DNA from: the human T2T-CHM13v2.0 reference genome, Homo sapiens
DNA: 64,000 nucleotides
Assembly (NCBI RefSeq): GCF_009914755.1
Contig: NC_060948.1
Reading direction: 5' to 3' (one strand)
Shown piece after piece: positions 1-13,759 of this stretch; positions within the stretch are counted from its first letter, which is position 1; each line of letters begins with the position of its first letter. The position numbers and the translations under genes are program-made. Below the pieces are notes generated by a model, which worked only from the letters and a program-made list of their open reading frames with translations, did not search any database and was not told the DNA's origin.

Positions 1-555
1 TCTGTGTATTTTATTTAAACGTGGAATCACTGGCTGCTGAATGATGGAAACAATTACATTGCCACATCTGAAAATGATGCAGCAAACCCTCAACTGCTCT
101 GGGCTTCAGAGTGGACTTTTGCCTTGCACATACTATGATTTGCTCTGTCTTCTTCATTTCTTGGAGTAGGTTGAAGCTGTGTTTCCTGGGAACCTGACAG
201 AGGGCATCACCAGAGGCTACATCAGGGCAGAGAGGTGATAGCTCTTGTGTTAAAGAGAACCTCAAGGATCGCTGTAGAGCTGATGGGGTGGGAGGATGGA
301 ATCATAAACCCACATTAAAATTTTGCACTTGGCTGGTATCCCATCCCGCTTTTTAGATTGTACCACAATAAGCTATTGTGCCAGTTTTATACAAATTTTG
401 GTTTTAAACAACACCCCTTTCCCTGTCTTGCCCCATTCTGCTGTAGTCTCAGGAATCTATAGTGAAGATCTTCTCAACTTCTGGGAACTTCTGGAATCCA
501 CTCTCTTTCTTGCCACCTTCACCTGTGTCTGTTTTATTTTTAAATTAAATTAATG

Positions 556-1273
556 TTTTTTGAGGCAGGGTCTTCCTCTGCAACCAGGCTTGACTGCAGA
601 GGCACTATCACAGTTCACTGCAGTCTCAACCTCCAAAGCTCAAATGATCCTCCCACCTCAGCCTCCATAGTGCTGGGGCCACAGGCATGCGCCACTATGC
701 CTGCAGTCCGTGTTATTGATTCCTCAGTCCCCAGCTCCATTTTTCTCCTACGCTGACCCAGATGCATGATTCTGCCTAACTTCTCTGTTTTCTACCTGGC
801 AGTTGGATTTTTCCAGGATTCCCTCTATCCTGTCTTTCTGGGAACCGGTCTCACCCTTAAAAACCTTTCTCCTTTGCAGCATGTTATGTTGCTTTCTTTT
901 CATGATTTAAAAACCTCTTTTAGAAAAATCACAAAGTAATATATCCTGTTCTCTTTTCTTCTTTCCTTTTTTTGTGGGGGGCGGGTGTGGGGTGGACAGG
1001 GTCTCACTCAGTCACCCAAACTGGAGTGCAGTGGCACAATCATAACTCACCACAGCCTCCGCCTCCTGGGGTCACATGATCCTCCTGCTTCAGCCTCTCA
1101 ATTAGCTGGGACTACAGGTGCATGCCAGCACACCCAGCTAATTTTTGTATTTTTTGTGGTGAAGGCATTTTGCCATGTTGCCCACACTGGTCTGAAATTG
1201 CTGGGTTCAGCTGATCCGCCAACCTCTGTCCCCCAAAGTGCTGGGACTACAGATATGAGCCCCTGTACCTAGC
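556..1273 (-). mobile_element. Alu arm (556-704) and AluJ (954-1273)
   Basis: Diverged antisense Alu sequence. Confidence 0.8.
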
Positions 1274-4058
1274 TCATTTTTTTCTTACATTTTTGCCTGC
1301 CATTTTGCACAAAGCCATAGCTGTAAAAACTCTGGTGTCTGTGCTCTCTCATGCTCTTTCTTCCCTGGCAACCCGTCCATCTCTTTCCCTTCTTCATATT
1401 GGATTCCTGGGATCTTCAAGTTACCCTGCGCAGCACCAACCAGTGTCCTTATCCTAGTGTTACCAGTGGAAGGTGTCCAGGTTCTTGGTGTCTTGAACAA
1501 AGAATTGGACAAAACACACAAATAATCAAGGATGGAACAAAGGGATTTATTGAAAATGGAAGTACACTCCACAGTCGGGGAGCCCAAGCCCAAGCATTCG
1601 GGCCCAAGGATCCCATTACAGAATTTTTGGGAGTTTAAATACTCTCTAGAGGATACATTGGTTCCTTGGTGTACACCCTATGTAAATGGAGAGGGTGAAG
1701 TAAAGTTACAAAGTCACTTACTCGGCATATGCTCTATTGAGAGGATATTTCCTGTCATAGTTGAAGTGCGAATCGACCTTATGTTCCCTGCCTCCAGATC
1801 CTATTTCCCTGCCTCATTCCCCCCTAAGAAATGTGATCCTTATAAATATTTATGTGAGGCAGAGGGACCAATGGTCTTTTTTCTGTAACTGCTTCATGCT
1901 GGCTTGTGCCGTAGTTCTGAGCTATTGGGGATCATGGAACTCTCACCCTGCTGTGTCTAGTGGAGGCAGGATAGCTCCTTAATGGCCAGGGGTGCTGTCT
2001 TCACCTGGAAGTGGAGGGAACTGTTGTTGCATGATCATCTGAAGCTTGATGGTCTCCAGGAGAGAGGAAATGCATTTGGTTAAAAGATATAATGGGAACT
2101 TCAGGGGGTGGATACTTATGCTGTCAGGAATGTTTGTTATAGAGATTTGCAGGAGGAAAGCAAAAACTGGCTTGTGGTGTGTTCTGGGATCTATGTGTTT
2201 CCTTAAAGTCTTAGCACAAATGACTGCATTTTGGTTCGGTTTTGTCTGTTGGGGCCTATTGCACAAGCTTAGTCCAAAACAATGATCTCCCAGAATTTTG
2301 TTTTAAAAATTCCCTTTTTTGATCAGGTTCTCACTTAGGTAAAAGTGTGACCAAAACCTGGGGCTCTATCACCACTCTTATTTACCATAATTTTGGATTT
2401 CCAGTCTCAGCACATTATTCATAGGTTATACTGTCCTCATGGTGGCACCTTTCTTTCAGTTCTTGTCATTCCAGTTGAAGAGAGACCATTTGACATTCTA
2501 GAGATGGCTACAGGAAAGCATTTAAAGCCTTTGAGAGAACACAGCACATCAGGGAGACTATTATTATGACTATTGGGAGTATAATACCAAGACGTTGGAG
2601 TATGTTCTTTACATAAGGTCCCCATAAGCCAAACCTCCTAAAATCAAGTAGATCAAAGAATGAGCTAAATAGTCAATTCATTTTCTAAGCAGTCCGTTCA
2701 TCAATCTCCTACCACTGAATCTGTATACTCTTCATTTGATGTATTTCTCCATAGGCCGCAAGTGCCAGGAGCTGCACACGTAATTCTTTGTGCAGCCAAT
2801 TCTATTATTTAGCATAACTTTCACAGGAGGATTTAAAGTCTCTTGTGTAACTGTAGACTTTACCATAGAATGTGCCATAGAGCCTATTATGGGAAACACA
2901 TTTTTAGTCATTGGTGTTTTACTTTAACCCCCTGAAAAAGGACCTAACAAATGATTCCCTTCTAGAAGAGTTGAAGGCCTCCTGGCAGTGTTCTCTTTAA
3001 GCCATGAGGTACATTAAGAGAAGTGAACCAATGTTTTGTTTTTGACTGATTACAAGGCAAAGTATGTACCATTAAAGTTTCTTACCTGCATTAGGCCTTT
3101 ATCCTTTATCTATCAAAGATAAACATCCATATATAAGGCTGGCTACAAACTCCTTCAAAAATAAATGTATGTCCTGTAAGTGCACATAAGAGACTCCTTT
3201 TCCATTCCAGTTGTTCATAGAGGCATAAGCAAAAGAAAATATTCAAAGATAAGAGTTTCTTGATAGTAGAAGTCTTAATCTGTGAACTTGGGAAAAGCTG
3301 TTCACATCAAGGATGCCATCTCTTTCCTGAGAGAAATTTCCCTGGTTAGTTTTACCTTAAGAGTTCCAACAGGTGTGCAGTTCCAAGAGCATGGAGGGAC
3401 GCTTCTCAGTTGCAAGACCATAAGCCCAAAGCCCGAGGTCCCAAACACAACAGTGTAAAAGTGTTCTTTAAGTTTTAGGGTACATGTGCACAATGTACAT
3501 TGTAGTGTGGATGGCAAAAGCAGTCTTTCTTTGATGTTCTCAGAAGATCCAAATCATAAAAAGCTTTCTTTACCTGCTGAAAATACTCCGTAGCATAATA
3601 ATTTGCTGTTATAACATCAGCCCTCCTGCAGGGGAAAACTTCTTTTCAACCAGAACATGCATTGAAAATAACAATTAAATGAAATTCCTTTATAACATGG
3701 CCCACCAGCTGACCAAATGTACCTGAAGAATTTGTAAGTTACCACACCAATGTATTCAATTTGGGTTATTTTATCTTTTCCATGCTGAGTCATGGCATGC
3801 AGAACTTTTAGTAATAAGAGCTTTAAGGACTCAGGAGGGACAAGGTGGGCATCCTCCTGGTTCTCCGTGAGTCCATGCCTAATTAACATTAGATGTATCC
3901 TCTTGAATATCACGTTTTTCCAAATTAGGTGTATAGCACTGATTAATGGGTTATCATAGGTAATGTGACTGAGAATGTGGAATTTATTCGAATTGCGTAT
4001 TTAAAAAATTTCAGTATCAGCTGCTTTAACATGAAAATCCAACAAAGTATTTTCCTGA

Positions 4059-4387
<329 letters not shown>

Positions 4388-5212
4388 GATATTTGATTAA
4401 TTTTTTTGTTCTGCTTCGGTTAGCAGCTTTATACAAGGAAATTTGGTTATTTCTGTGGTTTACAACAACAACATAATAAACATAGTTAGACATTAAAATT
4501 TTACAAACGCAGTACAATTTTGGAACATATATTAGTGTTATTCACAAAAATATAACCTAAAAAAGACTGAACATCATTTTTGCAGTCCTGTGTATCTAAA
4601 CGTCAAATAATCCTGTTTACCTCTTTTCTGGATGTTTTCAGGGGCCCTGTGATCCATCCAAAAAGCCAGGCATTAGGAAAGACATTGAAACTGAAGTTAG
4701 ATTTTTGAATTTCAGATTACCATAAATTATGTATTTTGCCAAAATCATGACTCGGAAATTTTAAAGAAGTGAAAACCTTTCATATAACCTTTTATTTTAA
4801 AAAAAAATTATACTGTTCTTACACACCTTGCATGTAAAACTGTTTCTAGCAGTCTTAATTGCATGTTACAATGTTGATTCTTAGCAATTTAATTTTAACA
4901 TAAAACCTGTTATGTTAATTATGTGCTAGGTGTTGATAAGATCTGATTGTTTCCAGCATAGCTAGGGGTGTGGCCAACTCCACATGTCCCCAGGACTTAC
5001 CTAGCTGGAAAGCAGGCAAGTTAAACAATTCTCAAAAGACAAAGAAGCAGCTTATAAACTTAAAGCATTTAGCAAACCTAATATTTGGACATAATTTAGA
5101 CCATATATTTATTTACATTTTGAAGAGAATTGTATTTTACCAATAACTTTTAAAATTGTCTTTATTTCCCAAAGATTACTCAAGTCATATGAACTAAGTA
5201 AAAGGCATTACA

Positions 5213-6264
5213 TTTTTTTTTTTATCATACTTTAAGTTCTAGGGTACATGTGCACAACGTGCAGGTTTGTTGCATATGTATACATGTACCATGCTGGTGT
5301 GCTGCACCCATTAACTCGTCATTTACATTAGGTATTTCTCTTAATGCTTTCCCTCCCCGCTCCCCCACCCCACAACAGGCCCTGGTGTGTGATGTTCCCC
5401 ACCCAGTGTCCAAGTGTTCTCATTGTTCAGTTCTCACCTATGAGTGAGAACATGCGGTGTTTGGTTTTCTGTCCTTGTGATAGTTTGCTCAGAATGATGG
5501 TTTCCAATTTCATCCCTGTCCCTACAAAGGACATGAACTCATCCTTTTTTATGGCTGCATAGTATTCCATGGTGTATATATGCCACATTTTCTTAATCCA
5601 TTCTATCATTGATAGACATTTGGGTTGGTTCCAGGTCTTTGCTATTGTAAATAGTACCGCAATAAACATACATGTGCATGTGTCTTTATACTAGCATGAT
5701 ATATAATCCTTTCTGAATATACCCAGTAATGGGATCACTGGGTCAAATGGTGTTTCTAGTTCTAGATTGCCACACCGTCTTCCACAATGATTGAACTAGT
5801 TTACAGTCCTACCAACAGTATAAAAGTGTTCCTGTTTCTCCACATCCTCTCCAGCACCTGTTGTTTCCTGACTTTTTAATGATCGCCATTCTAACTGGTG
5901 TGAGATGCTATCTCATAGTGGTTTTGATTTGCATTTCTCTGATGATCAGTGATGATGAGCATTTTTTGATGTGTCTGTTGGCTGCGTAAATGTCTTTTGA
6001 AAAGTGTCTGTTCATATCATTTGCCCACTTCTTGATTGGGTTGTTTTTATTTTTTCTTGTACATTTGTTTAAGTTCTTTGTAGATTTTGGATGTTAGCCC
6101 TTTGTCATACGGGTAAATTGTAAACCCATTCTGTAGGTTGCCTGTACACTCTGATGGTAGTTTCTTTTGCTATGCAGAAGCCCTTTAGTTTAATTAGATC
6201 CCTTTTGTCTATTTTGGCTTTTGTTGCCATTTCTTTTGGTGTTTTAGACATGAAGTCCTTGCCC
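5213..6264 (-). mobile_element. 5'-truncated L1PA (ORF2 C-terminus and 3' UTR)
   Basis: ORF 5427-5669 MFIAVLFTIAKTWNQPKC...YYAAIKKDEF is the L1 ORF2 end; poly-T; TSD aaggcatt(a/g)ca at 5202 and 6265. Confidence 0.93.
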
Positions 6265-6445
6265 AAGGCATTGCACTTTTTACTTTTCAGACGAAATATT
6301 TGATTTAAGCTTTTTATTATTATTAAATCAATTAATTAAACTCTTTTGCATTGATTAAAACTTCCAGAGAAGATAAACAGTGACTTTTGCCTTTCATTTA
6401 ACCAGTTACCACAGAGACCAGAGACTCACTGGTAAGAAATTCTTA

Positions 6446-6987
<542 letters not shown>

Positions 6988-7155
6988 TTAAGAATCGAAA
7001 GCTGGTGTGCTCCATTAATTTCTGCAGGCCCAATAAAGGTAGCTTGGAAATTCAAGGTAAATGGAACAAATGATGACTTGCTAGAAATACATAGGAAACA
7101 AAATATTCGCGGAACGAAAAAGAAGCTTTCCAATAGGAACTAAAAGACATCATGG

Positions 7156-7157
<2 letters not shown>

Positions 7158-7196
<39 letters not shown>
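7158..7196. repeat. (CA)n microsatellite
   Basis: About 19 perfect CA units. Confidence 0.95.
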
Positions 7197-7198
<2 letters not shown>

Positions 7199-7550
7199 GT
7201 ACATATACACATACACTCAAGCAAAGCCTGTGGAGAATAGACAGCAAGTGAATGAAAACTAGAAGCAAAAACAAACAGCAGACCAAACCTAAATGTTCCT
7301 ACTCAATTTACCTGGGAGGCTACAGTGTTACCTAGGCTTTTAAAAAACCCGCATATTGAATATTTTATTCTTGACACACAATTTAATATCTTCAAGCTCA
7401 CCAATATCATTATGCATCCTGTGCAACTGAGAAATTCGCTTTAGGTACATGACCAGTAATCAAGACTAAAAGCTTTAATTATGAAAGTATTAATTAGCCA
7501 AATGTCTCTAAGAATGTCTTAAATAATATTTTATTATTTAAACCTTTTCC

Positions 7551-7854
<304 letters not shown>

Positions 7855-8741
7855 AACCTTTTCCACATTTTTATCCCTTTGTAAATGATTACTTACTACA
7901 TTGTTTCATAATTAACCTTTTCAAATGTGTAATTTGAACTTAACTTTTAGATAAGTTCTGAATTAGACAAAAGTATTGTTTTTTCCACTAGTAACATAAC
8001 CCTTTCTGGCACATTTTCTATACAGAATTACATGTTACCTAGAGTTTTTATCCTTAGTAACCTAAAACTTTAGTGAAATCCTAAAAAGCAAGAAATCCTG
8101 AACTATCACTTGCAAGCATTTATAGATAAGAACAATTCCACAATTTTAGAAACATGTTTCCCTATTTTACGACCCTGTCTTAATTGGAAATAACTCGGAT
8201 ATTAAAGGATCATCAAAAATAACTTTTAAAATTTTAATTTACATTAAAAGTTTACCTAAAACAATTATCCTATTCACTGTACTTAATTTTTAGTTTAACA
8301 AGGGAGACATCAGACATTAATCAACATATGTAAAATGAACATGGGTTTGGTCCACAAAGGCAGGATGACACCTTGAAGCAGGGAGAGGGCTTCAGTCTTC
8401 CAGGTCACAGGTAGCAAAGACAGACATAAAATTTGGACAAAATATATGCTGACAATTCTGAGGGCATTTCTCTTTTTGTTCCACCAATGATTGTAAAACT
8501 AGCTTGTTTAGTAAAGTTACAGTTAAGTCACATGAACTTAAAAATTGCCTAGACTTATTTACTTAATTTATGAGTGCTCTTTTATAAGTCAGTTTGGTAG
8601 ACACAACATATAACAATAAGTCTACATACAAATAAACACATCTAGACATGGATACACATACATAAACAATGATCCAATCCCTTAGAACCTTGGCCATGAG
8701 ATAGCAATAGAAGCTTGCCATTGTTACTTTGCCCCAATAGA

Positions 8742-9333
8742 TGTTTGCAATGCTTGTTCCCCAGTGCCATAAAGAAATAGCACATAAACATAAATTTAAT
8801 TTCCTCAGCAAGGCCATTTTTTTACTTTCTGCAGAAAGGGTAGACTTGCCAGCAGTTTTGCCATGAGAGTACACTGAACAAAGGAGACAGGGTTATTTAT
8901 AACCTGACGCATCCACCTTAACTGCCATGTCCGGTTTCCACTGGCTGGAATGGGACCTCACATTCTATATTTGTCCCTATTGGCTAGCAACTTAGAACTT
9001 TTTAATAGAGGCAAAGGTAGAGGAGAACAAAGGAAGCAAGAAGTAACTTGTGGAATGATGAGAAAGGTAAAAAGACGTTTAAATAAGGAAGAGGAACATG
9101 CTATGACCTAATGCTTGCTTGGACCAGCATAAGCATGCCAGGGCAAATATTTAGGCTAAATTCTGGGAGCTAAGAACATAAAGTACATTGATTTCTTTAT
9201 TAGGACTAGCAGATATTTAAGAATGTTAGCACAGGTCTTTGAATAAATTTTGCTTCTAAGAGAAGTTACTATTAATTCCTAATTAGATGGGGAGGAAAGT
9301 TTTTGAAGAGGAGCCTCTGCTTTACTTTTTACA
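8742..9333 (-). mobile_element. Solo LTR10C-like (HERV-I family) LTR
   Basis: TGT...ACA termini, TSD TAGA on both sides, shares the aaagaaatagcac motif with the LTR10F copies. Confidence 0.8.
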
Positions 9334-10433
9334 TAGATAATCCAGTGAAGGCTGTGCATCAAAATTTCTGGTAAAGCAGTCTCTGTGGCAGTTTGATTTT
9401 TAAAGTCCAAACCTCCCAGATTCCAAAGAGCACTGGGGCCAAAGTATATGAAAGGAGGCATCACATGTTAACCAAGCCCCCTGCTAACAACAGCAGCACA
9501 AAAGCCTGGATACATACGCCATCCCGTTTTCCCATTTGACACCAAACTTCAGATTCTGAACAGTTTTCTAAACAAGCAGCATTGCAACTGTGAGAGAAAA
9601 TTCTAAGAAGAGCTTATGACTAGACCTCAGAACCTCTGCCAAGAGTGTCCCCTTTGAGCAGGTTAAGGTCTGCAGGATCCCCTGGAGTGTCTTCCTGTGG
9701 GGCCCAATCTTAAGAGTGTCAGATGTCTCTGACCTTAGGTGGGCACCAGTGCCTGCTTTCCCTCCAGAGCCTACTATGAGCATTTGTTTGGTACCTAGGT
9801 GTAATCCCCACCTTTTAGCATACTTAGCACACTTTCCCATGCTTGCCATTCCATGAACTTTAATGATAAGAACTGGAGGTTGGGTGGGTTTCTTTTGCCC
9901 TTAGCCAGTTTAATAGGGGAAGAAAATAATTTAGCATAAGAAAAGAAGCTTTAAGTTACCAGAAACATATGCAAGTTCTCTCTGAGCCATGCCGAAGGTA
10001 GGGATCAGGACCACATCCAGAAAATATTTTTTTAAAAAAGTCCATCTCCCTTCTGGGCAGGGCAGTTATAACTTCCCATTCATTCCTAGGCCTTCAGGCA
10101 GTAGCAGGGAGTGGCCCCAGCCAATCGCCCTCAATCTTCAAGGAGCTACTAAAAAACAGCCACTGAAAGACTGAAAAGGAAAGGGGAAAAAAAACAAAAA
10201 AGACCCTGGTCTCTTAAGCAAACCAGCAGTGGCAGTCAGGCTTCTCCACATGGAAACCCATTAGTTTCACTGGCAGAGCCAGAAACCTGCAGTTGCTTCC
10301 ATGTTTAGGCACTGCTGCCCAAGGGTCCGGAGTTGGAAGGGAAAAGAGAGGGAGAAAGATTCTCTTGTACGGAGCAGAAAGGAGAAGGAGAAACATAAAT
10401 CTCAAACTTTGGGGCTACCTTCTCCTGGAGTTT

Positions 10434-10451
10434 CTCCTGGCTGGCTCACCA
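10434..10451 (-). promoter_or_regulatory. Retroviral primer-binding site, tRNA-Arg(ACG) type
   Basis: - strand TGGTGAGCCAGCCAGGAG, one mismatch to the complement of the tRNA-Arg 3' end, directly after the 5' LTR. Confidence 0.8.
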
Positions 10452-10538
10452 AAATATATTATTGATGGGTGTGTCCAAGTTCTTGGCATATTGAAGAAAA
10501 AAATTGGACAAGATGCACAAACAAAGCAAGGAAGGATT

Positions 10539-11324
10539 TGAGAGACAGGACTAGCTGGATTTCCTAGACCAACTAAGAATTCCTCAGCCTAGCTGGGAAG
10601 GTGACTGCATTCACCTTTAAGCGGCTTGCAACTTAGATCATACCCGACCAGTCAGATAGTAAAGAGTGCTCACTAAAATGCTAATTAGGCTAAAACAGGA
10701 GGTAAAGAAATAGTCAATCATCTATTACCTGAGAGCACAGGGGGAGGGGCAGTGGTCAGGATATAAACCCAGGCATTCCAGCCAGCAATGGCTACGCTCT
10801 TTGGGTCCCCTCCTTTTGTATGAGAGCTCTCTTTCCACTCTATTTCACTCTATTAAATCTTGCAAGTGCACTCTTCTGGTCCGTGTTATGGCTTGAGCTG
10901 AGCTTTCACTCGCAGTCCACCACTGCTGTTTGCTACAGTCGCAGACCTACCGCTGACTTCCATCCCTCCAGATCTGGCAGGGTGTCTGCTGTGCTTCTGA
11001 TTCAGTGAGGTGCCCATTGCTACTCCTGATCAGGCTAAAGGCTTGCCATTGTTCCTGCACGGCTAAGTGCCTGGGTTCATCCTAATCGAGCTGAACACTA
11101 GTCACTAGGTTCCATGGTTCTCTTCTGTGACCCACGGCTTCTAATAGAGCTATAACACTCACTGCATGGCCCAAGATTCCATTCCTTGGAATCTGTGAGG
11201 CCAAGAACCCCAGGTCAGGGAACACGAGGCTTGCCACCATCTTGGAAGTGGCCCACTGCTATTTTGGAAGCGGCCTGCCACCATCTTGGGAGCTCTGGGA
11301 GCAAGGACGCCCCCCCAGGTAACA
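10539..11324 (+). mobile_element. Solo LTR17 (HERV-W LTR) inserted in the 5' LTR of the MER61-like provirus
   Basis: Begins tgagagacaggactagctggatttccta, ends ggtaaca; 786 bp; TSD gatt/gaat (one mismatch); the host LTR resumes after it. Confidence 0.9.
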
Positions 11325-11799
11325 GAATAAAGGGATATATTGAAAATGAAATTACACTCCACAGTTTAGGAGAGGCCCTGAAAGCACAGGGGCTCAAGGG
11401 CCCCATTACAGAATTTTTGAAAGTTTAAATACCCCCAGAGGATTCCACTGGTGTGTACCATGTGTAAATGGAGATGAAGAAGTAAAGTTACAAGTCATTT
11501 ACTCAGTATATGCGCTATGGAGAGGAAATTTCCTGTCATAGCTGAAGTGTGAATAAGCCTTATGTTCTCTGCATGCACACCCTATTTTCCTGCCTCACTA
11601 GGAGGACACGTGCTTGAGGCCAGCAAGATCTCAGGTCTCAGGGTGCTGTGACTCCATTTTCCTCTGCTCATTGCCTTCTGCCTTTCCCCTGTTGAGAAAC
11701 CTTCATAGCTTCCATTCCTTGGCACTCCAGATGCCAGGACACTGAGGACCAATAAAACACCATCTCATTTATCTCAGTGGTTTCTAGTCATTAAAGTCA

Positions 11800-11955
11800 G
11801 GCCAGGGGAGGTGACTCAAATTTATAATCCCCACATTTTAGGAGGCCAAGGTGGGAGGATCGCTTCAGGCCAGGAGTTTGAGGTTGTAGTGAGCTGTGAT
11901 CACACCACTGCACAGCAACTTGGTTGATAGAAGAAGACCCTGTCTCTAAAGAAAG
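11800..11955 (+). mobile_element. Alu monomer (FLAM/FRAM-like)
   Basis: Single Alu arm. Confidence 0.7.
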
Positions 11956-12716
11956 AGAGAGAGTGCGCTCTTGGAGTTTAAAAAAGAGTACGTGTTTTTA
12001 CCGTCTTAGACAGTTACTGCATTTTGTGATGTGCTTGTTTATTTGGGTGTGCACATATGAAGGAGGAGCAGGGTATGAAAGTGTCTTGACCAGTCACCAT
12101 TGCCTACTCCATGGCCAGAATCAGGAGCCAAGGTTGCCTGAGGTGATGCGGCTAGTTGTTTACATGGGTTGTATTGCTTTCCTTATTTCAAATAGTGTCT
12201 TGTAATCAGAAATCTTCTGGGATGGTGTTTCATTTAGTTATTCTTCAACTGAAACACGAGCCTTTCAATTCTTCCTTGTTTCTGAGGTTGTTCAAGTTCG
12301 GGGAGTATAAAAACGTCTTTGCATGTGCACCAGACACTACCCCAAGGCATATTCAGTTTCATGTGATTTTAGTATTTGGCATGCTGCACAAGGAAGGAAC
12401 TTCCTCCTGTATATTTAAATGTGTGTGGAAAGTTTTCTCTGGTAGATGGAAATCAAAGAATCAAAGAATGTTAAAAACAAAAAACAAAAAACGTGAATCA
12501 GAATGAAATGATGTTGTTAATTATGTCAAGGCTCTAGTTAGTCTAACCCTGAACCCAACGAGTCATTTGAAGTAGCAGCAAGTGCCTATTTTATTAAATC
12601 TCATGAACAGATGGACTTCCAATCCAGGCCTGAATGGTGTGGGCTTCTGAAGCATTACCCTCCCGTATAATGGGTGGACATTTGCAGAGATTTTGCACAG
12701 TCAGGAAGCACCCGGA

Positions 12717-12931
12717 CAGGGCTTCTCCACCCCAGCACTCAGTATTTGGGGCTGGTTGAGTCTTTGTAGTGGGGCTGCCCTGGGCACTGTAGGGTGTTCA
12801 GTAGCATCCCCAGGCTCCACCCACCAGATGTCAGGAGCATTCCTCCTCCTCAGTTGTTACAACCAAAACTATCTCCAGACATTGCCTATTACCCCCAAGG
12901 AGGCATAGTCACCCCTCACTGAGAATCACTG
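12717..12931 (-). mobile_element. MER20 (hAT-Charlie)
   Basis: Ends tgagaatcactg; internal acaaccaaaa..tctccagacattgcc. Confidence 0.8.
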
Positions 12932-13759
12932 CATCAGGGATACCACAGTTTGTCCAGAATAAATGGCCTTTTTGTCCTGAATGCCCCAACTGGGTTTGAC
13001 ATTCCGAACAGTGGTCACACCTAGTTCTTAACAGTTTGCCATGTTCCCTTCCCCTTTCCCACCATGGAATCATTCACCCCACGCTCCTGGGCTCTGGGTT
13101 GTTATGAATAAAGTTTCAGTGCTTCCAAAGAAATAGCACTCAAATATAAAATTTTCTTTTAATTCTCAGCAAGACAAGTTATTTCTATAGAAAGGTGTGC
13201 CCTTACACCCAAATTACATCCAAATTACAGATGGAGCAATGGTGAGTGCACACCCGAGGCAGGGGAAGGGGGTTTTATCCCTGACTCACGTGGCCCCTCC
13301 TGCTGTGTCGTTCCTCTATTGGCTAGGGTTAGACCACACAGGTTAAACTAATTCCAATTGGCTAGTTTAAAGAGAATGACGGGGTGAGTGGTTTGGCTGA
13401 GAAAATGATTATGACAGAGCAGGTAATCAGGATGAGTCAGGGTGGAGCAGGTAATCAGAATGAGTCAGGGTGGAGCAGGTAATTGGATTGAGTCAGGGTG
13501 GAGCAGGTAATCAGAATGAGGGTGGAGCAGGTAATTCAAACGAGTCAGGGTGGAGCAGGTAATTGAAAAAGATTGCTTTATGAGGAAGTTAAGTTTAAAA
13601 GTAGAAGGTAAAGAATTGAACCTACTGACATGTTGATTCTTTGAAAAGAAATTTAGAACTCATGTCTAACCACCCCTCCCCTTGTATTTCTTACAGCTCT
13701 TTCTTCTCTAACTTTTTTTTAAACATGTTTTGGCTTAGTTGTTTTGCTTAATTTTCCAA

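Noticed and set aside
8300-8420. Independent MER41/MER4 LTR insertion
   Set aside because: Short fragment without termini or TSD; it may belong to the ERV internal sequence
10434-10451. tRNA gene fragments (also 19498-19515)
   Set aside because: 18-nt retroviral primer-binding sites next to LTRs, not tRNA genes
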